Source: a virus
Lineage: Duplodnaviria > Heunggongvirae > Uroviricota > Caudoviricetes
DNA: 64,000 bases
Reading direction: 5' to 3' (one strand)
Virus record (IMG/VR): IMGVR_UViG_3300021256_000055
Span: 71,124-135,123 of that record
Part shown: piece after piece, positions 27,568 through 36,777 of the stretch
Layout of the letters: the number at the start of each line of letters is the position of its first letter
Position numbering within the stretch: position 1 is the first letter of the stretch
Made by a program: the position numbers and the translations under genes
The notes under the pieces: model-generated
What the model was told of the DNA's origin: nothing
Database searches by the model: none
The model's input: only the letters and a program-made list of their open reading frames with translations

Positions 27568-27669
27568 TTCAAATTCCTCTAGAGTTTTTATTTTTATTGT
27601 GGAGTTGACATGTCGCCACAATAATTATTTTATAAATTAGTATATAACTAATATATTTTTAATTAGTTT

Positions 27670-29943
27670 TTAGTCAACATAAAGACCCATAGATTCCAAG
27701 AAAATATTAGTTTGACTCTTAACTGATTCATATGTTCTTACTAATGAAGCACCCGGGTCCCAAACTTTTCTTGGCATATAGTCATTTTCATATGTATCAA
27801 GAAGACTAATAGAAGCAGCTATGGAGTCGGTAGTATCTTTCGCAAGGTAGCCAACTTTAGAGGTTGTCCAAGCGATTTCGCTATATGGTGCTCCCGCAGG
27901 ACAAACACTATCAGTATAGATATTCTTTCCTTTTTTATGGTCAATCTTTATAGAGCCCGACTTACGTTTTTCATATTGTAACGATAAAAGATTATTTTTT
28001 ACCATGATATTTTTACCGCAAGCCCAACGTCTATGGAACGCATATTCAATCATGGACCTATAAGGGATAGGAGAGTTATCAACAGAGAGTAATTCAACAG
28101 CTACACCTGATCTTTCAAGTGCCTGCATAATAGAACGAGACTGGAAACCATCGAAACTTACATGTTGAATATTCATATGGCCTAAAGTTATTAAGTCTTG
28201 AATAAAGAACTTAAATGCGTCCAAGTTAATCATACCGCCTTTTGGAATAACCGGAATAGTAAAATCAGTTACATACATTTTAAGTTGGTTACCATCTAGG
28301 TCAACTTGGTCTGGAGCCCATTCAACATGACTTACAGCAATACTTGCAGTATCTCCACTAATAGCTAAGTCGACTGCGGCTGATCTTGGTATAGTCGGCT
28401 CATAATAGTAGTAATATTCATTCATAACTTTATTAAAGAAAATATCTTTAACTTGATTCCAGATTAAGTGCTCAGGATTTTCTTCTTTAAGTGCTATAAT
28501 ATTACTAAATACATTTTTTAAATTATTTTCAAATGCATCATCTATTACTTTTTGTTCATAGAAAATACGGTCAGCAGCGCCAGAAGGCTGTCCACACTGG
28601 TCACGCATAAATTGGACTGGGTTTTCAAGTGCCGCAGTTTTTTCGCTAACAGTACCAGAAGATGTTGTTTGCTCAGTTGGGCACCATATAATATCTTTTG
28701 GATTATACTGTGAAAGCTGAGCTTCTGACTCAATAACAGTTGTTGGCTTTCCACCACCTCCCTTAAATAGAGGGAATGCTACGCTGAAATCATGTTTTAC
28801 TTGGCCATTTTCATCTAATGCAGCCTTAAACTCATGTGGGAACAAATCCCAACGAGAGCCTTCAAGGAAGAAGTTTTTAGCATCAGTTCTAGCTTTTTCA
28901 TCAATCCACTTATCTATAATTGATTCCAAGTTATTTGGAGAGCTATCAAGTACGAAACGACCCATATAGTTACCATGCATACGTGAGTCAATACGATTTC
29001 GCATTTTGGAGAAGAACTTCCAAACATCATCTTCAGACCAACCATTCTCTTGGAAGAAGGCTAACTCGGTAAGATTACCTGAAATTAATGTAGCACCAAT
29101 GATATCCTTATCTCCAGATACCAATTTATAGTTGACACCATTCTGCATCTGAAGAGCCGAAGTCTTAGTAGCAGTTGTCCAATTAAGATGTTCTGCAATT
29201 TCAGTTGGGTCATCATTACTTTCAATCATATCTGCATGGCCACGAACCTGCGTAAAATATGGGCTTGATTCAATAATATTTTTAATAGGCTCTAGTAAGA
29301 TTTCAGAACCTTTTTTCTGAGACCATGCACCAAGAGCCTGAACGAATACAGTAGCAGAGGAAAGTCCAAAGTATTTATATGGATGCCACATCATAGCGAA
29401 TAATGTAGAAATATATAAGTTTACTAGAGCTGTAAGTGTAGATTTTCCAGTACCAATGCACGAATACCAAATACCATTTCTATATGGTTTTAATGGGTCC
29501 ATGAACTCTATAAAAGCTTTTTTGATTGGTTCAAAAAGTGTTTCAGCAGTTGGTCCAATATATTTTATGCTTAAGAATTCTTCAGGAGTTGGTGGTTTAC
29601 ATTTATAATTTAATCGCCAGCCCTCACTTAATAGGTCTGCTTTAAATCCATCAGATAAACTATCAGTTTTTGCAAGCCACTCAAGTGCAGCTTTAATATT
29701 ATCAAAGTTTAGAGCTTGAAACTCAGGAGTTTTTAATGCTTTTTCATCACCTTCTAATATTGCTTGAAAAATAGCGCCTAAGTTCCCTAATGTGTCTGGT
29801 AATAAAACAGTATTTTTTTGGTCAAGTCCATTATATGGTAAAATAAGACCTCTGTCATTACCAGATTTTTTCATTTCATATTTGGATTTTTCAGGGTCCT
29901 CTATATTAACTATCTTGGAGAGGTCACTTTCAACATTAAACAA
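27670..29943 (-). CDS. terL: Terminase large subunit
   Basis: Walker A SCIGTGKST, FVLDSSP coupling motif, RNase-H-like nuclease AVDLAISGD, SFDGFQS, KDTTD; GGAGG RBS with TTG start. Confidence 0.88.
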   Translation of the reverse strand: MFNVESDLSKIVNIEDPEKSKYEMKKSGNDRGLILPYNGLDQKNTVLLPDTLGNLGAIFQAILEGDEKALKTPEFQALNFDNIKAALEWLAKTDSLSDGFKADLLSEGWRLNYKCKPPTPEEFLSIKYIGPTAETLFEPIKKAFIEFMDPLKPYRNGIWYSCIGTGKSTLTALVNLYISTLFAMMWHPYKYFGLSSATVFVQALGAWSQKKGSEILLEPIKNIIESSPYFTQVRGHADMIESNDDPTEIAEHLNWTTATKTSALQMQNGVNYKLVSGDKDIIGATLISGNLTELAFFQENGWSEDDVWKFFSKMRNRIDSRMHGNYMGRFVLDSSPNNLESIIDKWIDEKARTDAKNFFLEGSRWDLFPHEFKAALDENGQVKHDFSVAFPLFKGGGGKPTTVIESEAQLSQYNPKDIIWCPTEQTTSSGTVSEKTAALENPVQFMRDQCGQPSGAADRIFYEQKVIDDAFENNLKNVFSNIIALKEENPEHLIWNQVKDIFFNKVMNEYYYYYEPTIPRSAAVDLAISGDTASIAVSHVEWAPDQVDLDGNQLKMYVTDFTIPVIPKGGMINLDAFKFFIQDLITLGHMNIQHVSFDGFQSRSIMQALERSGVAVELLSVDNSPIPYRSMIEYAFHRRWACGKNIMVKNNLLSLQYEKRKSGSIKIDHKKGKNIYTDSVCPAGAPYSEIAWTTSKVGYLAKDTTDSIAASISLLDTYENDYMPRKVWDPGASLVRTYESVKSQTNIFLESMGLYVD

Positions 29944-29961
29944 TTTTTACCTCCAATAAAA

Positions 29962-32205
29962 TTATGTACCAGCATAGTTAACCTTAGACTCTTCTTCAGC
30001 TGCGCCATCTTCATAAGATTTTGATGTGTTTTGGCCAGTTGCAAGTTTAGTATTAGCAGGTAATGATGTAGAAGAAGCACTTTGGCCATCAGATGCTTGA
30101 CCAGAAGCGCTATTTGCTTGCAAAAGACGATCAATTTCAGCTCTTACAACTTTAGTTCTTTTATTTGTTATACTATCAACATTTTGTTGGTTTTCGAGCT
30201 TAGCCCAAGCTTCATCACCAAAGAATACATGACCAAGCCAGTTATGCGCGCCAGCTTCCCAATCTGGAGTAAAGAAACAAAGAAGGTGATCATAGTCAGC
30301 TTGGCTTAAGCCAAGAGGTGTTTCTGCCCCTACTGATGGTTTTTGATTATCAGCAGTTTCCTCTGAATTTTCGCCTTGTTTCTCCTGTTCAGATTTCTCA
30401 GTATCTCCTGTCTGACCATCTTTAGCTTGTTTATCCCCAGGTGTATTTTTCTCATTTTTATTATCTGAATTTTGGTTATCAAGTTCAGTATTATTATTTT
30501 TTAATTTTTCAGCATCTTTTTCACTTGCGCCTTTTATAGAAGATTGGGTACCACCATCGCCAAATAAAGCATTTCTTTCTTCATCAGAATATACATCTTC
30601 GACTTTTTCTTCAGCCTGTGGTTGTGATGGATTACTTTGGAGTTTAGATGAGATATTCGCTTTTGCTGTTTGTGCTAACTCTTTAGTAGCATCTACATTT
30701 TTCTTCATTATGCCGATATTACCTAATGCATTCTTAATATCTCTTTTAAGCTGTTTACCACCAAATTTACCATAAGTGGCAGTATTCATATCATTTGGAA
30801 GCCAGCCAGCAGCTTTATATATTTCATCCATATCATTTTCATGACGTCCGCCTTCGGTAGACTGGAACTTATCTATAACTGCCCCTATAGAATCCATTGT
30901 TTGATCAAACTTATCACCAGAGCCACTAGTACCCTTTCCATTAGGTCGGCCATAGACGTCTCTTTGAGAAATATAAATCTGCCAATAATCAAAAAATGCC
31001 TTATAATTTGGTATATGACGCATAAGCGCTAATAATGCACCCTTTGGTGTTTCTTCGCTCTTACCATTATCTGCCGTATTATTATATATTTTTGTAAGTG
31101 GGTCTAGCCATAAATTTCGATACTGGTAAATAAAATTCTTCATAGAATTTAAGCCAGCAATCTGTTTTTTATTAAGTTCTAAATTTGGGAAATTAACATC
31201 TGGCATTTCGCTACATCTGTTAATTGGGCACCACTTCATAAAATTTTTATATATAGTAGGATAGAAAATATGAATATTTCTAATTGAGGCGTTTGTAGCA
31301 CCATTCTCTTTACAAGCGCGAATAATATCTATTTCAGTTAAATTACCAAATGCAATTTTAGCACCACCACGACCAAATACACGATTTTTAATTTCCTGTA
31401 TATAAAGTTTACTTACTTTAGTATCATTCCAAGGGTATACCGTTAGGTGAGAGTTCATGAAGTTATACATGGTATCACCACGCGCAACATCTTGAGATAA
31501 TTCCTTGAAAGATTGTGGTACATAAATAATACGCTGCCAATTACCTTTTTTACTAGAGTTAACAGTACTAGTAACAGAACCATTAGGGAGGCGAGACATA
31601 TTATCAACTTTAACGCCTAATTCAAAGTTTTGCCATGCATTTTTAGCAAAAGATTCGGTCATAAATAGATTAAATGGCCAAATAAAAACAGTTGCGGTAT
31701 GATTTTTATCATATACCGCATTATAAATACCATTGGTATTATCATTATTTATAAGAGCTGTACCTTGGTTGACTTTTACCTCGTAAACATTACCATTGGC
31801 ATCAACTCTATATTCTGTCTCTTCTGGCGCTTCTCTATTTGTCTGCCCATCATTTATAACAACTGCGGGACCCTTATCCGTAGTATTACCTTTTTGGTCA
31901 CCAGCAGGTGCAGCGTCATTTTCTAAAAGCTTATTGTATTTATATGGAATAGCACCAGTTTCATTAAAAAACTGCTTAAATTCAGATTTCATTTCATTAG
32001 TAGTACTAAGTACATCATCTCTTTCCCAGAGCATATAGAAATTACTGAAGTTATTTTCTCTAGCTTTCTTACATTCTTCCACAAGTTTATTATAGTCGGG
32101 TTTAGAATCAATGCAAGATACATAAGCATTTTCAAAAACTTTTTTCTGTCTATCTATAGTATGCTTATCAAAGCCGTCCGTAAAAAATACAATATAGTCT
32201 TTCAT
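29962..32205 (-). CDS. Large hypothetical late protein between portal and terminase
   Basis: 747-aa ORF, ACTAATT 6 nt upstream, low-complexity Q/N/D/E C-terminal part. Confidence 0.75.
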   Translation of the reverse strand: MKDYIVFFTDGFDKHTIDRQKKVFENAYVSCIDSKPDYNKLVEECKKARENNFSNFYMLWERDDVLSTTNEMKSEFKQFFNETGAIPYKYNKLLENDAAPAGDQKGNTTDKGPAVVINDGQTNREAPEETEYRVDANGNVYEVKVNQGTALINNDNTNGIYNAVYDKNHTATVFIWPFNLFMTESFAKNAWQNFELGVKVDNMSRLPNGSVTSTVNSSKKGNWQRIIYVPQSFKELSQDVARGDTMYNFMNSHLTVYPWNDTKVSKLYIQEIKNRVFGRGGAKIAFGNLTEIDIIRACKENGATNASIRNIHIFYPTIYKNFMKWCPINRCSEMPDVNFPNLELNKKQIAGLNSMKNFIYQYRNLWLDPLTKIYNNTADNGKSEETPKGALLALMRHIPNYKAFFDYWQIYISQRDVYGRPNGKGTSGSGDKFDQTMDSIGAVIDKFQSTEGGRHENDMDEIYKAAGWLPNDMNTATYGKFGGKQLKRDIKNALGNIGIMKKNVDATKELAQTAKANISSKLQSNPSQPQAEEKVEDVYSDEERNALFGDGGTQSSIKGASEKDAEKLKNNNTELDNQNSDNKNEKNTPGDKQAKDGQTGDTEKSEQEKQGENSEETADNQKPSVGAETPLGLSQADYDHLLCFFTPDWEAGAHNWLGHVFFGDEAWAKLENQQNVDSITNKRTKVVRAEIDRLLQANSASGQASDGQSASSTSLPANTKLATGQNTSKSYEDGAAEEESKVNYAGT

Positions 32206-32220
32206 ATCTTTAATTAGTTT

Positions 32221-34548
32221 TTACTCTTTAGTCAAATTAATATTACCAGGCTTGATATTTCTAATATCTTCCTGAATTTTTCTTAGCTCACCATTAAGGT
32301 CTATACCAGCTGATGATAGCGCTTTACTACTAGCTGCAGCATTTTTAATTACTTCTTTCCAAGACATATAAGGCTTAGATTCTTTATAATTCTGACCTGT
32401 TACAATAGCATTTCTGCCCATCTTGTAAGGGCTATGAACCTGCATACCATGCATAAGTAAATCTACCTCAGATTCGTTAAGCTTACTCTTACCAGGTTTA
32501 CCCTTCTTAGAATTACCTAAGAAATTAAATGTATCATAATCTACTGAACCTGCATCAATTTTTGGAACATACATACAATGTTTACCAGAGTTTGTATTTT
32601 TCCAATCTGTAAGGTGATTTTGCTCAATAAACCTCATATAGATATCTTCAGACATATTCTGGTATCTTTCACGAATAACAGCATGATGTTCTCTAATACG
32701 TTCTCGTTTTTCACGTAATGCCTTTTTTCTTTCAGCATTATAAGCTCGACGAGCTGATTCAGACATAGATTCATCACCACCCATATCATCGCCGCCCATA
32801 TCGCCTAGGTCGCCCATATCATCACCACCAAATTCATCATCACCGCCACCTTCACCATCATCGCCACCAGCTCCAGGAACTGGCTTTAAGAAAGCTGAAA
32901 GACGCATCCATTTCTGAATATCTGTAGCATCCAAGAATGAATATTTTGAAAGAATGTCTGTAACAACGTCTTCTGGTAAAGTATCTTCTTCGCTAATACC
33001 AAGAACGGCTTTAAGTAAATCTACAATAGATTTAGAAAGATCAATAGATGCTGACTGAGCCGAGCGTTTATCATCAGGCATTTCTTCTGCTGGGAATCTC
33101 ATGGAAAGAATAAATGGTGTGTTATAATCAAATTCGCCAGTAATCGCATAATGCATACGGATAAGTCTACCAATAGTTTCAAGAAGAACAGACTGGATAG
33201 AGTATACGTGTCTAGCAAATGGTTTATACTGTTCCATTAGAGAAATTCCAGAAACATAAGTTGAACCTTCACCACCATTAGGGTCAAGGTAGCTTAATGG
33301 AATATTAGCTGCATATGCAACGCGTTTCTGATAGTTCTCGAGGTCACCAATAAAGTCCATATCACACTTAGACTCATGAACTTCTATATCAAGCAATTCA
33401 GAAGGCATCCAAATTTTAGTATTTACAGTATATGGTTCCATTCCTGAACCAGTAGCAGAAACCCCCAAATTATCATATTGCTGTCGAACATTCTGTACTG
33501 TTTGCCATTGCTGAGCTGCTGGCATACTCTTTGGAGTAGATACCTTATAAAGCTGTACTGGGAAACTCATAGAGCGAGCAAGGCCTTGAAGAGCCATAGT
33601 AGAATGCGCTTGCTTAAACGGTGCAAGACAGTTAATAAGAGGAGGCCTACCATATGGATAGAATTCAGAATGATCTTCATTAAATCGGAAATGAGAGATT
33701 AACCAAGGCGGAGCCATAATACCATCATGGAGTTCAAATCCGAGAAGTTTATCGTCAAACATACTTGCTAAGTTTTCTGCTTCATCCATAGATGCTTTAG
33801 ATTTAAGTAAATTTACTAAATCTTTAATTTTTGCGCCACGGTTACGATTAGCTGCAATCCAACCATCTCTTTCTGCTAAGAACTTAGCAGTATGAATTGG
33901 AGAAAACTCCAAACGTTCCATAATATTATTTACTGGTAAAGGTTTAATCTGTTCAACACCAGATGTACCGATTTTATGTGCCCAGAATGCTTCACCATAT
34001 AATTCCAAGTCAAAACAAACTGCATTTAATCTAGACTGTGTAATTCCCCAAGAGTTAAGTAAATTATATGTATGCTCAACAAAGTTTGCATTTGGAGATT
34101 CAATTGAAATAATACGGTCCTGCTTATCAATTTGTGTAGCCTCATCCGCTACCAAGTGACAACATCTAGAAATAAATACATCATTATAATACATAAAAGA
34201 AAGCTCATTTATACGAGCTTGCCTATCTTGTATATCCGCATATGAAACAGAAGTTTCATCAAGATATGCATTAAAATAATGTGCTACTGTATCATTAAGT
34301 TTTTGACTATTAAAAGTAGAACCAATAGCTGCATTTTTTACACGGTATGCATCATTATTAAGGTCTACTTTAACAAATTTAATACCTAGCTGTTTCTCAA
34401 GAGCAGTTTCTGGTTTTTCATTATTAGATAAAGTTCTAAAACCAAATAAGCTATTTAATCTGTTTATAAATGATGAGTTTATAATACTTGATTTAGGCTT
34501 ACTATCGGATTTATATATTGTGTCTTCTTTAAGTTTAGTTTTTGCCAT
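32221..34548 (-). CDS. Portal protein (T4 gp20-like) with C-terminal extension
   Basis: YPYGRPPL...ARSMSFPVQLYKV...KIWMP...IGDLENYQKRVAYAANIPLSYL pattern; near terL. Confidence 0.82.
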   Translation of the reverse strand: MAKTKLKEDTIYKSDSKPKSSIINSSFINRLNSLFGFRTLSNNEKPETALEKQLGIKFVKVDLNNDAYRVKNAAIGSTFNSQKLNDTVAHYFNAYLDETSVSYADIQDRQARINELSFMYYNDVFISRCCHLVADEATQIDKQDRIISIESPNANFVEHTYNLLNSWGITQSRLNAVCFDLELYGEAFWAHKIGTSGVEQIKPLPVNNIMERLEFSPIHTAKFLAERDGWIAANRNRGAKIKDLVNLLKSKASMDEAENLASMFDDKLLGFELHDGIMAPPWLISHFRFNEDHSEFYPYGRPPLINCLAPFKQAHSTMALQGLARSMSFPVQLYKVSTPKSMPAAQQWQTVQNVRQQYDNLGVSATGSGMEPYTVNTKIWMPSELLDIEVHESKCDMDFIGDLENYQKRVAYAANIPLSYLDPNGGEGSTYVSGISLMEQYKPFARHVYSIQSVLLETIGRLIRMHYAITGEFDYNTPFILSMRFPAEEMPDDKRSAQSASIDLSKSIVDLLKAVLGISEEDTLPEDVVTDILSKYSFLDATDIQKWMRLSAFLKPVPGAGGDDGEGGGDDEFGGDDMGDLGDMGGDDMGGDESMSESARRAYNAERKKALREKRERIREHHAVIRERYQNMSEDIYMRFIEQNHLTDWKNTNSGKHCMYVPKIDAGSVDYDTFNFLGNSKKGKPGKSKLNESEVDLLMHGMQVHSPYKMGRNAIVTGQNYKESKPYMSWKEVIKNAAASSKALSSAGIDLNGELRKIQEDIRNIKPGNINLTKE

Positions 34549-34550
34549 TA

Positions 34551-34802
34551 TTAGTTTTCCTTCGTGATAGGAATTTCTCTAGAATAGAATTCAATTGGAA
34601 TGCCACGGGTACCATAATCATAGATACGCTCTATAAAATGTTGTATAACCTCCGCAGTATTTCTAGTGTCAGCCTTTATTTTAGGGTCCACTTCATTATT
34701 GGTATAAATAATATACCTTTCTAATTCTTTACCACAATCAATTAGTGAAATTTTAGTCATTATTTCATCATCTGATGTAAAATTAATAGTTTCTAATTCC
34801 AT
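34551..34802 (-). CDS. Hypothetical protein
   Basis: 83-aa ORF tightly packed in operon. Confidence 0.65.
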   Translation of the reverse strand: MELETINFTSDDEIMTKISLIDCGKELERYIIYTNNEVDPKIKADTRNTAEVIQHFIERIYDYGTRGIPIEFYSREIPITKEN

Positions 34803-34805
34803 GAT

Positions 34806-35093
34806 TTATCTTCTCCTAAATTGTGGCCTATCATGCGTTTCAATAATCCCTGTTAAAATTTTATGTGTATCAGCACTACATACTATAGTAACTAAAATTC
34901 CGCAGATAGAAAAAGTAAAATATTCTGAGTCTCTACCTTTATTATCAATCTTTCTATAGGGATTCATTGTTGCGATTGATGCTTTAATCTCCATTAGAAT
35001 ATCATCATCCAAAGATATGCCAGTGTTCTCAGGAAATCGTTTTAGGAATGTTTGAGTAAATTGATATGGCTTAGAACAACTAGTTGTTTTCAT
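34806..35093 (-). CDS. Hypothetical protein (possible RelE/BECR-like fold)
   Basis: 95 aa; FTQTFLKRF helix followed by three beta-like strands. Confidence 0.55.
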   Translation of the reverse strand: MKTTSCSKPYQFTQTFLKRFPENTGISLDDDILMEIKASIATMNPYRKIDNKGRDSEYFTFSICGILVTIVCSADTHKILTGIIETHDRPQFRRR

Positions 35094-35098
35094 ATTTA

Positions 35099-35638
35099 TT
35101 ACTCTTCAGATTTTTTAGATTTTTCTTTTATAGTTTTTTCTTTTGGTGTTGATTTTGCTACATCTTTCTTTTCAACAGACCCATGCATAATAAAACGTTC
35201 TTTATTTGCTAAATACATAGATTTATAATCAGCATCACTCGCAACTTCAAATCCAGTAGTTACCCCTATTGCGTATACAATACGAATCATGTTTTCAATA
35301 TCACGTCTTACAAGTTCTTCAAAACCAATATTAAGAACACTTTCAGTTTGATTTGAATTGATAGATTCAATAATATTTTTAATTGCTGTCTGGCCTAAAT
35401 CACTTCTACAGAAGAAGTCTGGAAGCATCTGAGTTAATTCTTTGCTCTTTTCAAGAGAGCCCTTTTTAGGTGCATTCTTTTGACTAATCATGCTCATAAT
35501 GCCTTCATTAAAAGCATCTGCCGCAATAGCCTTAAAATTTGATAGTGTTTTTCCAGTAGTTTCTAATTTAGCATTTCCAGCATAATCATTTATTGCTTTA
35601 TTTAAAGCATCAGAGTTAAGGTACTTGTTTAAGTCCAT
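35099..35638 (-). CDS. Hypothetical protein
   Basis: GGAGG RBS, 179 aa, Lys-rich tail. Confidence 0.75.
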   Translation of the reverse strand: MDLNKYLNSDALNKAINDYAGNAKLETTGKTLSNFKAIAADAFNEGIMSMISQKNAPKKGSLEKSKELTQMLPDFFCRSDLGQTAIKNIIESINSNQTESVLNIGFEELVRRDIENMIRIVYAIGVTTGFEVASDADYKSMYLANKERFIMHGSVEKKDVAKSTPKEKTIKEKSKKSEE

Positions 35639-35714
35639 CTCTATAATCCTCCAATATATTTTATATTGTATTTAGTAATTATTATAGTGGTTCAGAAAGA
35701 ATGCTAATTAAATT

Positions 35715-36185
35715 ATGAATATTCGAGAACATGAAAATGATTCCAAAATACGTGCTGGAATAATTATTAGGTTAAAGGGTACAAATAAAATCTTAATAGA
35801 GCATGCTACAGGTAAAAAAGCACCTATGCCTTGTATGGATATTCCAAAAGGGCATGTTACTACAGATGAGCCTATAATGGTAGGTGCAGTTAGAGAAATA
35901 AAAGAAGAAACTGGATTAAACTTAAACCTTGATGAATTAATACCTATGGGTGTATTTAGTTATAATAAGTCCGTATTACATATATTTTATATTGAAACTG
36001 ATTTTGATATAGACTCTTGTCATTGCGATTCTATGTTTATAGACCCCTACGGTAGGTCTTTACCAGAGGTAGATGACTATGCATTATTTGATATAGTATC
36101 TGATAACCTTGATTCATCACTTTTATATAATGGGCTAAAGCCTATTCTAAAACAAGTTTTTGAAAAAATAAAGCAGCTTAATTAA
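35715..36185 (+). CDS. Nudix hydrolase (T4 NudE-like)
   Basis: DIPKGH...GAVREIKEETGL Nudix box. Confidence 0.9.
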   Translation: MNIREHENDSKIRAGIIIRLKGTNKILIEHATGKKAPMPCMDIPKGHVTTDEPIMVGAVREIKEETGLNLNLDELIPMGVFSYNKSVLHIFYIETDFDIDSCHCDSMFIDPYGRSLPEVDDYALFDIVSDNLDSSLLYNGLKPILKQVFEKIKQLN

Positions 36186-36207
36186 AAAACTAGGGGTATA
36201 AGTCTTT

Positions 36208-36777
36208 ATGATAACTAAGAAACTGATACATTGGCGCGTAAATAATAAAAACTACTCTGTTCATTTATATACACCAAAACCTGATGGTATTTGTTTTACG
36301 GTAAATATTAATGGAACGTGTTATTATGCGCCTATGGTGTCAAGAATTTCAAAATATTCATGGATTTTTGACAGCTTTTATCATGGTATTACATTAAAAG
36401 TTAATAATAATATTTATTATCTATTTGATAGAACACCATATGTAACTATTGATTATACTGTAAAAGACGCACCCGCACCATATGCGTCTCGATACGTAGT
36501 AACCTCTATCAAAATATCTCTTAATACCGCAATAAATAAGAAAATACAGTTACAGTGTTTAACTCAGACTTCTCAATGGTTAAGTACAAGTAGCTGGACT
36601 ACCATATTAGAAATACCGGCTAAAGGTTTAGAGGCTGATTATTCAAAAGATATTAGAGCTCATAATGCGAACTGGCGAATAAATATTGATGGATGGACGT
36701 CTGAGTTTACGATAAATACAGAAGGTGAAGGGTCTAAAACTATAGATATACCTGAAGATAAATGGGGTGTTGAATGA
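36208..36777 (+). CDS. Hypothetical beta-rich protein, possibly tail-associated
   Basis: 189 aa, aromatic/beta-strand rich; GGGG RBS-like. Confidence 0.6.
   Translation: MITKKLIHWRVNNKNYSVHLYTPKPDGICFTVNINGTCYYAPMVSRISKYSWIFDSFYHGITLKVNNNIYYLFDRTPYVTIDYTVKDAPAPYASRYVVTSIKISLNTAINKKIQLQCLTQTSQWLSTSSWTTILEIPAKGLEADYSKDIRAHNANWRINIDGWTSEFTINTEGEGSKTIDIPEDKWGVE

Noticed and set aside
27647-27654. Plus-strand ACTAATAT pointing antisense into terL
   Set aside because: Single imperfect copy in very AT-rich DNA; could be chance.
27670-29943. Intein or intron in terL or portal
   Set aside because: No Cys/Ser...His-Asn splice motifs, no LAGLIDADG, and the reading frames are continuous.
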